Below the pieces are notes generated by a model that searched no databases, was not told the origin of the DNA, and saw only the letters and a list, made by a program, of their open reading frames with translations. DNA of 63,905 nucleotides, the filler included, from Vannella sp. (Eukaryota), in assembly GCA_023345925.1 (NCBI GenBank). It is 7 parts of 7 records of this genome, joined end to end, with 100 filler letters (N's around TTAATTAATTAA, not from the genome) between each part and the next. Parts side by side here need not be neighbours in the genome. Positions count along the whole stretch, not along the records: positions 6,887 to 26,865 come from JAJQQN010000253.1; positions 26,966 to 32,833 come from JAJQQN010000476.1; positions 32,934 to 43,409 come from JAJQQN010000757.1; 4 more parts are not named here. One strand, written 5' to 3'. Positions 23,913-33,532 of the stretch are shown one piece after another (positions within the stretch are counted from its first letter, which is position 1; each line of letters opens with the position of its first letter). A program made the position numbers and the translations under genes.

Positions 23913-25694
23913 TTAGTTGCCCTCTGGTGCAACCTCTTCAGTAGCTGGGGCGTCCTCCTTCTTCTCTTCTGTGGGGGTGTCCTCCTTGGGTTGTTCAGCT
24001 TCCTCTGCTTGAGCAACAGGCTCCTCAGCAACAGGCTCAGCCTCGACAGCAGCTTCGGCAACAGGCTCTGCAGCTTCCTCAGCTACCTCAGCAACCTCAG
24101 CAACCTCAGCCACCTCAGCAAGAGGTGCTTCCGCAGCAGGCTCCTGAGCAGCGATCTCAGCTGCTTTGGCTTGAGCCTCCTTGGCTTCGGCCTCCTTCTT
24201 CGCAGCTTCAATAACGCGCTTCTCCAGAGCATCCTTTTGGAATGCGAGAATTTCAGTTCTCTTGGTCTCAAGGGAGGCAATGGATGCTGCAACTTGGGTG
24301 CCGGTTGTTGGTGGCTTCACGCCGAAGGTGCCAAACTGGCCGAAGGCCTCGAGGCTGTGGGTAAGCTTGGTGTTGGGTTTCTTCTTGTTGTACTTCAGAG
24401 ACTTCATGTAGCTGATGAGTTCCTCGCACGCCTTGAGCTCAGCTTCCTTGGGGGGCTTCAGAAGCTCCTCTTGCTTGCGAGCCTTTTCTTCCTCTTCCCA
24501 AGCTGCAGCCTCACGGGCCTTTCGCTCCTTGTACTCTGCATCGCGCTGCTTGCGAAGTGCATCCTGTTCCTTCTTCCAAGCCTTGAACTTCTCGTCGAAA
24601 AGAACGCGCTTCTGATCGTATTCAGTGTTGAGAGCATCACGCTCAGCCTTGAGAGCATCCAACTCCTTGCGGATGGCAGAGACCTTCTTGTAGTTCTCGT
24701 CATGGAGAGCCTGGTTGTCTGCGATGATCTTCTTCTGAATGCCCACCTGCTCTCCCACCTTGCTTCGCGTCTCGCGGAGTTGCTGTGTTACAATGTCAGT
24801 AACTTCTCCCCACTTCCCCTAACCACGTACGGCCAAGCGTTCAGTGAAGTTGGTGGCAGTAGGCCCTGTTGTGCCACGGGTCTCGTACTCGCTGCCAGTC
24901 AGTGAGTATTTTCAACGTGTTTCTCACGCAAGCTTCACTCACATGACCTTGCGGCGTTGGACCTTGACTCTGTCGATCTCAGTGATGATCTGCTTCTGCT
25001 CTTGAAGGCTCTGAACCGAGAGAAGTTCCTGCTCCAAAGACCTGTGGAGAACATCAGCCTTCCTTCTATCAAGATGGATCGTCCTACGCGAGCTTTTTGT
25101 TGAAGTGCTCCATGTTCTTGGTGATAAAGTCCGCAAAGCTCTCCTCCTTGCCCTTGCGCACTGGCATGGCCTCCTTCATCTCGTCGTTCTACAAGCGAGT
25201 GAGTGCTATTTCAACCGCTTGGGAAGAACATGAGCCTACCAGAGCATGACGGGTCTCCTTCTCCCGAGTCTGGGTCGCAAAGATTTGAGTCTCTTCCTCC
25301 TTGATCGCGTTCATCTTGGGGTAGAGTTGGTCCTTCAGGATCTCACGAGCAGCGCGTGTTTCTTTCAAGAACTCATTGTTCTCCAGCTCGCGAATAGCAG
25401 CCAGCTTCTCGGCCTAGAGTAGATAGTTAAGGAAGTGGATGGATGTCTCCCAGAGAGTCCACATACAAATGCATCAGAGATCTTAGTGGTACGGACACGA
25501 ATAGCGTCGAGTTCCTTCTGCAGGGGGTCCTTTGCCAAAGGGTTCTTCTTGGGGGCGTCACCCTTCTCGCGGGGTCGATCCTCACGGCGCTCCCCTCGTT
25601 CACCACGTTCACCACGTTCACCGCGTTCACCACGTTCCTTACGTTGAGAATCACCGCGTGGCTGTCTCACTTTCTTCTGCTCTGGGGCGCTCAT
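23913..25694 (-). CDS. Coiled-coil protein, Bfr1/proton-pump-interactor-like (multi-exon)
   Basis: Starts MSAPEQKK with an (ERG)n repeat; several short GT-AG introns. C-terminal ELKACEELISYM...KLTHSLEAFGQFGTFGVKPPT and an acidic E/A/P tail. Confidence 0.7.
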
Positions 25695-25806
25695 GTTTGG
25701 GAGTGGCAAGGAAAAGGAGGTGCCAACCAATAGGCTCCGAAAATTCTCCCGCTCCAAGCATCTGATTGGTCCAGCACTCCGCTGTCGAATGGAGGAAAGG
25801 AGATGT

Positions 25807-26760
25807 TTACTTCAAATGTTCAACGTGAGGCAGTCCAGACGAGACCAACCGACTTCTAAACGTCCGATGTCACGTTAGGATCGGTTCGGAATGAGATCGG
25901 TGAGGTTGGCTTACCTGAACGTCAACTTCAGATTTGGACGCTGAAGATGTAATGCGACCTGCTACGTCTATCTCCTGAGGATGTTGATTGGCGCCGTGGA
26001 CGATCATAATGTTGATTCCCGACTCCTCCTCTTGAAGAGTTTCGAAGAACCCTGCGCCAGTGTGTCAGAATGAGGTCCAATCAAGATCAGCACGTACCTA
26101 TGACAGCTCCACGTGCGGCATAATACAGTGAGTCGGTGGCATCCTGCCCTTCCTCGTGAAAGGACGAAAGGAGGATGACGCGCCCTCGGGATTTTCGGAG
26201 AAGAGAGAGGGCAGCATGGGTGAAGTACACAGGTGTGTAGTAGTTGACTTTCATAACACTTTCAATCACTGCAGTAGGGTCATCAAGCTCGAGGATATCT
26301 CCGCGGAAGGGCTGTTCCAGCATTATTACAAGAGCATCCAACGTGTCGCTCTGTGAAGAGAGAGCTCCAACGAGATCCCTGATCTTCTCCTCAGAGCCTA
26401 TATCATATTCGAGAATCTCTGCTGTAGCGCCTCTATCCATCAATTCCTTGCTCAGCGAGTTCAACGACTCTCCCAGGCTAGAGTTGTTGGCTAAAGCGAT
26501 TCTAGTGCACTGGTGAGTGATATGATGCACATTTTGGTATGCATACTTGTGTCCCTCCTCGGCAAGGCGAAGGCAAACCTCGCGACCGGCCGCTGACTCC
26601 GCTCCCACAACAAGAAGGCTTTTCACTCGTGCCTGAGCGTTTAGCGTGACTTTAAACAGTCAATGCATCGTCCATCTCAGCGGCTTCACTTACCCTCTTC
26701 CTCGCTCTTAATCATCCCTCGAAGGCCTCTAAAGAAGCCCTTCATCCCTCCTGGTGGCAT
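25807..26760 (-). CDS. Short-chain dehydrogenase/reductase (divergent, multi-exon)
   Basis: LLVVGAESAAGREVCLRLA (degenerate Rossmann), LDALVI, MKVNYYTP, GRVILLSS, YYAARGA (YxxxK variant). 3' end approximate. Confidence 0.7.
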
Positions 26761-26865
26761 GGTCAAATAAGAATACTAAAAATCCATATAAAATCGATCA
26801 AATCATAGTAAGGAAAAAACTCTATTTGCGGCTCTTGCAAATGCCGCAAAACAAGGTTGGCCGTG

Positions 26866-26965
26866 NNNNNNNNNNNNNNNNNNNNNNNNNNNNNNNNNNN
26901 NNNNNNNNNTTAATTAATTAANNNNNNNNNNNNNNNNNNNNNNNNNNNNNNNNNNNNNNNNNNNN
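26866..26965. other. Artificial contig linker
   Basis: 44N-TTAATTAATTAA-44N. Confidence 0.98.
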
Positions 26966-29792
26966 TATTGCGTCGGGGCAGACTGCAGGAAACCCAACTG
27001 TGGTAGAAAGTGTGGGAGAGCGCACTGAACCACCGAAGATGCAGCGCCCGCTTCCTCCAACCACACGGCCCAGCTCCGTCCGCTATGGGCGAGCACGATT
27101 AACCGCTGGAAACACAGGAAGGGCACTGCCACAAACAGGTGCAACCTCAGCAATCCGCCTTCCGTCTCGACCTCCTCCATCACCCGTTCCAGACCCACCT
27201 GGAATGGGCGAGACCCATCAAGTAGTGGAGACAGCCGCAGCCGAGGAGGAAGAAGCTCGTTCAACTCTGGAGGAGGAATTGCCACAAAGCTGTGAGGAAC
27301 CAAGTAAGTTGGTCCTCGGCTCCACCCTCTTTGGTATCGACACTCAAAGTTGTCCACAAGATGCAGAGCCTGTTCCAGACAAAAGGCTGAATATTGCGAA
27401 AGAAATCATTTCCACAGAGTCCACCTACCAATTGGCTCTTGATCTGATGATTAATGTAGGTACCTCTTATATTCTGAGCTTTCGCCAAATAATTATGCCA
27501 TCTTCTCACTGTGCTGTCTGTGATTAGCATTATTGTAACCCAATCACCAAAGCTGCTGAAAGTGTTCTCCTCCCAAACACGACTAAGGAGGACGTCAGCG
27601 CGATCTTCTCCAATGCTTCTCATATCCTGCCCATCAGCCGCACTCTCCTTGAATCTGTGAGGCAGCGCGTGGAGTCATGGACTCCGGAAACACAGTTAGG
27701 AGACATCTTTCTCAAGATGGTGAGGAAAGCAAAGCCAGCCGAGAGACAAATCTGACACAAACACAGGCACCCTTTTTTAGGATTTACAACAAGTACCAGA
27801 ACAACTATGAGAACGCCTGCCTCGCCTTCGAGAAGTGCCAGAAAGACGAAGATTTCATGAAGTTTGTTGATGTGAGTCCAGTGCTTCATTCATCAGGATA
27901 TACTTCTTATATAGGAGCAGGCCATTGAAGCTGTCGTTAAGGCAGAGATGAAAGACGACAAAGCAACAGTCAAGTTAGAAAGCTTGATTATCATGCCTGT
28001 TCAACGCATTCCTCGGATTATTCTTCTTCTTACTGAACTGAGCCGGAAGACACCAGAGGATCATCCAGACAAGAAGTTATTAGACGACGCGGTAGTGGCG
28101 CTCGATGAAGTTATGAACTTCCTCGACAAAGACATTACGTCAGAGGAGTTCCGTGCCAAATTCCTTAACATGGGCTCGAAAGTCAAGGGTGGAGCTAATC
28201 TCATCAAGGCACATCGAGTCTTGGTGGAAGAGGGCTCTTTAGTTCTCAAAGAAAAGTTCAACAAATTGAAAACTCAGTCAAAGATTCGCATCTGGCTCTT
28301 TAACGATGTTCTTGTTCATCTGCTGAGTAGCAAAAACAAACGAACGACAGATGTCTCCACCACAGAGTACACTTGGCCACTGCCTTTAGTCTGGGTAAGA
28401 GACGAACCAGACGATCCCTCAGATGCCAAGATGCCCTACAATTTCATGCTGGTCGGACCTCGAAAGGTGTATTACGTCCGCTTTGCAGAGGAAAGTGAGA
28501 AACGCCTGTGGTTTGGGAAAATCCAAAAGCAGGTGGAGTCAACCTTGACTGCTGAGAACTGCTTGGACAGTGAGCGACTAACAAGATACTGTTACTACAA
28601 ACTTCATGGCAAGAGAGATGGAGAGTACGAAGGATGGTGGAGCTTTGGCCGATTGCATGGACAAGGAGTTTTCAAAACCAGGGGGAATGTCTACAAAGGC
28701 GAGTTCGAGTTTGATCGCAAAGTCGGAACCGGCACTTTCTCCAGCATCTCTGGTGAAGTTTATCAGGGTGACTGGGTGGCAGACAGACCTCGTAAGTACA
28801 GTAAGGTTTGAGATTATGGATTGGAGACTGATTTGATTGGCGCAGATGGTTATGGCCAACTCACTTACACCAACAAAGACCGATACGAAGGTCACTGGGA
28901 GGAAGGTCTCCGCCACGGCAAGGGGGCGCATTACTACGCCAACGGAGACTTTTACGAAGGAGAGTGGGCTGCCGGCTTGCCAAATGGCTCTGGGACGTAT
29001 ACCACAACGAATGGGCTATTCTACACGGGCCAGTGGATGAATGGGAAGGTGAATTACATCCCTGTTTGAACTCATTACATCCACACCAACTCAAATGTGA
29101 TGCAGATTCACGGCTCTGGTTCTCTAAAGGCTCAGAATGGGCGAACGTACAGTGGAGAGTTCGTAGAAGGCCTTAAATCTGGCGAAGGATGCCTTGATTA
29201 CAATAATGGCGATGTTTACACTGGCCAATGGAGCATGGACAAGCCCCATGGATTAGGTGTGTTAGAAAGCGAGATGAACGGAACCTACGCAGGCGCCTTT
29301 GTTATGGGCATGAAGGAAGGCACTGGCCGATTGATTTATCCCAATGGTGATGTCTATGAAGGAGGCTGGCGCCGTGATCTTTACCACGGAAAAGGACAAC
29401 TAATATGTGTGAGTGGACCGCTAGAGAGCTTCGATGGACGATGGGAAAACGGGAAGAAGTGCGGCAAAGGAGTTTGCCTAATCCGAGGACTCGGTCAGTT
29501 GGACGGCGAGTTCAAAGATGACAAGGTACCTCTTCCTCTCCAATTGGATGTGATCTAACAGTCGCGGTGGCAGCCTCATGGGTGTGGTATCTGGACAAGT
29601 ACAAGCCTTACGGAGTCCATCTTCTATCAATTCGATGGGAAATGGGTCGACGGGCGCCGGGATGGAAACGCCACTATTTGCACGGACAACGACAAAGTGA
29701 CTCTTTCTTGCAATGGCGGAATCATGTCCAAGAACGACTCCACTTATCTCGTCACCCCCGATCCTCCTCTCCTCCGCCTCCTTCTCCAATGA
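26966..29792 (+). CDS. RhoGEF (DH-PH) + MORN repeats, alsin/ALS2-like; 5' truncated, multi-exon
   Basis: Pro-rich N-terminus, RLNIAKEIISTESTY, LESLIIMPVQRIPR, PH segment IWLFNDVL, and many YxGxWxxGxxHGxG MORN repeats across introns. Confidence 0.9.
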
Positions 29793-30008
29793 GCTATACA
29801 GCATCGTCTACTCCGTCAACCCACATGTGCCGTGGCTTGGAGTGGGTCCACAATCGCGGGAAGGATAGCCCTTGTCTTGGCCGTACCAATGCTGATCGCT
29901 CCAAAATACCTAATTCTATTGAATGGAACTTCATAATGAAGGTGTGGAAGGGTCATGGAGGCAATAAGGGCAGGAACGCCTCTTCGTTGACTTGTCCATT
30001 CCTTTCGG

Positions 30009-30941
30009 ATGGCGCTCCTCGCGACTGCTGGCGTGATCAGCTTAGGCGTAGCAGTCACTACTGGTTCGATTAGTATCACCCGTAAGTTACAGGGGCTAGG
30101 GAAGGAGGTCGGCTTGCATCTGTTTGGTACAGATCTGGAGAAGATCCCAAAGTTCTATTGGGGAGCGGGCGGTTTCGTTCCCCTTGTCATCGAAGTGTGC
30201 TGCGGAGAGCTCGAGAAAAGGTGCAACAAAGCCAAGCCTAAAGATCCTTTGAACTGGACTGCTATCTTTCAGTCTGCTCATGCAGAGAACGGCGAGATCT
30301 CGCCCGTGTTGGACGTAATCAACCAATTCCGCGACCCCACGACCAGGAACGTCCGTAACATTCCGTTGAAGCCACTGAACAACACACAACTACTTGAAGT
30401 GGTCCTGTTCTTCCTCTGTGCCATGCCGCAGGCCCTCTGTACCGAGAAGAAGTACGCCATCTTTGCGAGGATGGAGAAGAAGCAGGAAGATGCTGCTGCT
30501 CATGAAGCTACCTTGGTTGCCAAGTTAGCTACTCTTCCTCCTCGTTCACGTATGACCATGCTCAGGGTAGCTGAGTTGTGTAACAAGCTGTTAATGAAGA
30601 CTCCCGAGGCGGATCGCCCTGCCCTGGTACAAGCGATGACTGAGTCGATGGCTCCGATGTTCTTTTCTGCAGCGTATCCTCCTTTGGAACCAGAGGAGCC
30701 TCAACCTGCTCCTGACACCCCATCTGAAGCGCCGACTGAACCATCCGTTCCCACAGAGCCTGCTACAGCGGACCAAACTGAGGCGGTTGAAGAGCATCAT
30801 GGACGCTTTGCGATTCACCACGGTGTGGGTGATCCTCTACCACGAACCTTTGCTCTCCTTATCGAAAGACAACCGCTCATTTCAGTTGCCCTTACCAAGC
30901 GCGCTGAAGCTAAAAGAGCAGCCAAGCAAGCTCCTGCTTAA
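30009..30941 (+). CDS. RhoGAP-like domain protein with N-terminal hydrophobic segment, arginine finger apparently absent
   Basis: LFGTDLEKIP...VPLVIEVCCGELEKR...AIFQSA; LLEVVLFFLCAMPQALCT; LATLPPRSRMTML; MAPMFF. Confidence 0.65.
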   Translation: MALLATAGVISLGVAVTTGSISITRKLQGLGKEVGLHLFGTDLEKIPKFYWGAGGFVPLVIEVCCGELEKRCNKAKPKDPLNWTAIFQSAHAENGEISPVLDVINQFRDPTTRNVRNIPLKPLNNTQLLEVVLFFLCAMPQALCTEKKYAIFARMEKKQEDAAAHEATLVAKLATLPPRSRMTMLRVAELCNKLLMKTPEADRPALVQAMTESMAPMFFSAAYPPLEPEEPQPAPDTPSEAPTEPSVPTEPATADQTEAVEEHHGRFAIHHGVGDPLPRTFALLIERQPLISVALTKRAEAKRAAKQAPA

Positions 30942-31132
30942 ACACGTCAGCTCTCAACAAAACAATGTCTTATTCTCCTACTTATGCTGTCTTCTGTTTG
31001 CCCTCATGGACGGAATGGGAAGAACAAAAGGGAAAATGGGAAATGTCCGTTTGGCCTTTTCGGGTCAGAGTCTGCGGGATTCGTATCTAAAGCTACATTT
31101 ATACGTTGGCAGAGAGGGCTAAGCTTCATCTA

Positions 31133-32104
31133 TTACACCATCCGCATCTCAAGGAACCAGGGGTCTCGCAAGACGGAAGTGATTTTGGGACGATCTTTTG
31201 GTCGGATTTGGAGCAAACGAGTTAACAAGTTCTTTCCTCTTGAAGAGAGATCACTCTCGTTCAGCGGAGAAAGATGTAGTCGCGACTGGCGGTAGTTATT
31301 GAGCATCAAACGTTCCGTTTGCCCTGCAAAGGGAAGAATGCCACAAGCCAGCACAAAAAGAAGGATTCCCAGCGACCACATGTCCGCAGCAGGCCCAATC
31401 CGAGTCTTTGGTATCAGAATCTCTGGCGCTTTGTAAAAGTCAGAGCCGGGCCGAAAGGAAGGATCAAACACCGTTTCAGGTCCGATTCTGTGAGCTGATC
31501 CAAAGTCGCACAGTTTGGGGTTGTCGTGCTCATCTAGGAGGATATTCTCTGGCTTGATATCAAGGTGAGAGATCCCATGGCGGTGGCAAGCGAGCACGCC
31601 GTTGCAGATCTGGTAGAAGAGGAATGCCAACTTCTTTTGTGGCAAAGGGCGTCCAATAAACCGCTCGTAGAGATCCGTAGTCATATGCTGGGAAACAAGG
31701 ACACCTTGATACGACTCTGTGAAGCTTTGAATGGTCTTAACAATGTAAGGAGAAGAGCTCAACTGCAAAGCGATGCTTTTCTCCTCATTAAAGCGAGCTT
31801 CCACTCCCTTTTGCAGCAACGGGACGACCTTCAACACAACGAATGAACCAGAGAGACGATCAAAGGCGTAGTAAACCCGCGAGCAACCGCCTTGTCTCTC
31901 CAAAAGGCTGATCACTTCAAAGTCCTCGAAGCCCCCGGCCCTTCGCCCCAGCCACTTTGCGATCGGGTACGTTAACACGTCATAAAGCCCATTGAAAGTC
32001 GAGGGTACACCACTAACCACGGCCATCTCCACAAGAATGAGAAACTCGCGGGACAACCGGACTCTCGAGAGCTCCCACGAGCGAGCGTCCATTCTTTGAC
32101 TCAT
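31133..32104 (-). CDS. Ser/Thr protein kinase (CAMK-like, non-RD)
   Basis: QGGCSRVY, VVLK, HLDIKPENILL, LCDFGSA, YKAPE, ADMWSLG, PKDRP. Start codon uncertain. Confidence 0.92.
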   Translation of the reverse strand: MSQRMDARSWELSRVRLSREFLILVEMAVVSGVPSTFNGLYDVLTYPIAKWLGRRAGGFEDFEVISLLERQGGCSRVYYAFDRLSGSFVVLKVVPLLQKGVEARFNEEKSIALQLSSSPYIVKTIQSFTESYQGVLVSQHMTTDLYERFIGRPLPQKKLAFLFYQICNGVLACHRHGISHLDIKPENILLDEHDNPKLCDFGSAHRIGPETVFDPSFRPGSDFYKAPEILIPKTRIGPAADMWSLGILLFVLACGILPFAGQTERLMLNNYRQSRLHLSPLNESDLSSRGKNLLTRLLQIRPKDRPKITSVLRDPWFLEMRMV

Positions 32105-32181
32105 TTGGACTTTTTGTTTTCTTCTCGTGGGCCCACACCAGACTTCCGACACCTTTTTTTGCCCCAAAGGCTGTTAGTAAT

Positions 32182-32247
32182 CCGATTGGCAAGAAGCCCA
32201 ATTAATTTGGCAACTACGGCAATCGCGATTGGATAAATGGACCAATC
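32182..32247. promoter_or_regulatory. Cluster of CCAAT/ATTGG boxes upstream of the kinase gene
   Basis: ccgattggc, cccaatt, cgattgg and accaatcg within about 65 bp. Similar CCAAT pairs occur in other intergenic gaps (about 25727-25770, 40744-40795, 60013-60057). Confidence 0.45.
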
Positions 32248-32833
32248 GGAGACGAGATTGAAAATTTCTCTCAACAGAAAGAGAGAGTCAAGGAGCGAAG
32301 GGAGAGGGAGAAGCCGAAACGGCTCAATACTCCGAAGGACAAACCCGCCCCGAAAGCTCCAGCTGAACAGGTTCCAAAGAGCGTCCAGTTTCTTCTCTAC
32401 CAAGCCGATAGCTTTGGCAGACATCGAATCCTGCTCAGAGGACCGGCGCTCCAAGGGGAAGAGGGTTCCAAAACGCGTGTTTGCGTAGAGTGCCCTGATG
32501 ACCTCCATCTCTTCAGGATAAGATTTTGGCCTGATTTCATTTTTTCACTTTTGGGTGCTCAGAGGACCCGAACGAGGTGAAATTCCTCGCCTCTGGTGAC
32601 TTTTCTTAAAGTATGCGCATACTAACCCGCTGGGGAAGGCATGCCAGCTTTGGTTGCCAGAGACACTCACGAATTCATTAAGATGACGGAAGTAACCTTA
32701 TCCTCTACCTTCGCGGTACAAGAGCTGCTAAGCCGGGAGCTCTACGAACCCTCGATATCTCCCGCCCCAGTACTGGAAAGGAAGTGAGTGGGTGCTCAGG
32801 ATTTGGATGCCATCTTATCTTCTTTAGATTGTT

Positions 32834-32933
32834 NNNNNNNNNNNNNNNNNNNNNNNNNNNNNNNNNNNNNNNNNNNNTTAATTAATTAANNNNNNNNNNN
32901 NNNNNNNNNNNNNNNNNNNNNNNNNNNNNNNNN
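32834..32933. other. Artificial contig linker
   Basis: 44N-TTAATTAATTAA-44N. Confidence 0.98.
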
Positions 32934-33348
32934 TGGCACCGCACTGTGGAAGATTGGATCGACCAATTTGCTTATCCCTCTGCCTAAGTACTTGTGATGC
33001 TGCCTAAAAAGGTTCAAACTTCAGTTTTGGTCACGCTTTTATTCCCTTTGAATCCATGTTGTGATGCAGTGTGCCCAGAGAGTGCTCATTAAATCAAGAG
33101 AGCGACTCCAACCTGATCTCTTCAGTTCGCTTGGAGGCCAAGTCTGTTGAAATCAAAAAGCCACTTAATCTAAGGCCCTTTTTGGTCTCCCTCCTTCTGG
33201 CTCCATTTGCGTGTTTCTTTTCCGAACGAAAGCGAATTGACTGGGACATCTTTCAGAAAGGGAGGATGGTTGAATCTGACGAAGCTGGAGTAAATGTGAG
33301 TCTTTTCTGGCCATTCTGTTATGGATGAAGCAAGAGACCGTTCCCCAC

Positions 33349-33433
33349 AAACGGGGCTTCTGGCGGGGTTGCTTCTCTCTTCTCTTCAACCCCTCTCAGA
33401 CTCTCCCATAATGCCCCGCCAGAAGCCCCGTTT
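33349..33433. repeat. Perfect 20-bp inverted repeat with 45-bp spacer
   Basis: AAACGGGGCTTCTGGCGGGG (33349-33368) / CCCCGCCAGAAGCCCCGTTT (33414-33433). Confidence 0.9.
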
Positions 33434-33532
33434 TTCGAAGCCTACTATTGAGGGGTTAGTTTACCTTGATGCTACTGTAGGGGGGGGGGCAAGTAACTAA
33501 TTGCCTCTCTTATTTTATTCCTCTCGTTCATC

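Noticed and set aside
23871..24905. 344-aa plus-strand ORF and other long antisense ORFs (22625-23263, 10658-11419)
   Set aside because: They are Leu/Ser-rich antisense shadows of codon-biased coiled-coil genes.
25600..25640. (CACCACGTT)n tandem repeat
   Set aside because: It is a coding low-complexity (ERG)n tract of the Bfr1-like gene.
32560..32650. rRNA-like snippets (gacccgaacgaggtgaaattc) and the palindrome agtatgcgcatact
   Set aside because: Only short matches with no extended rRNA, tRNA or snRNA structure; likely promoter sequence.
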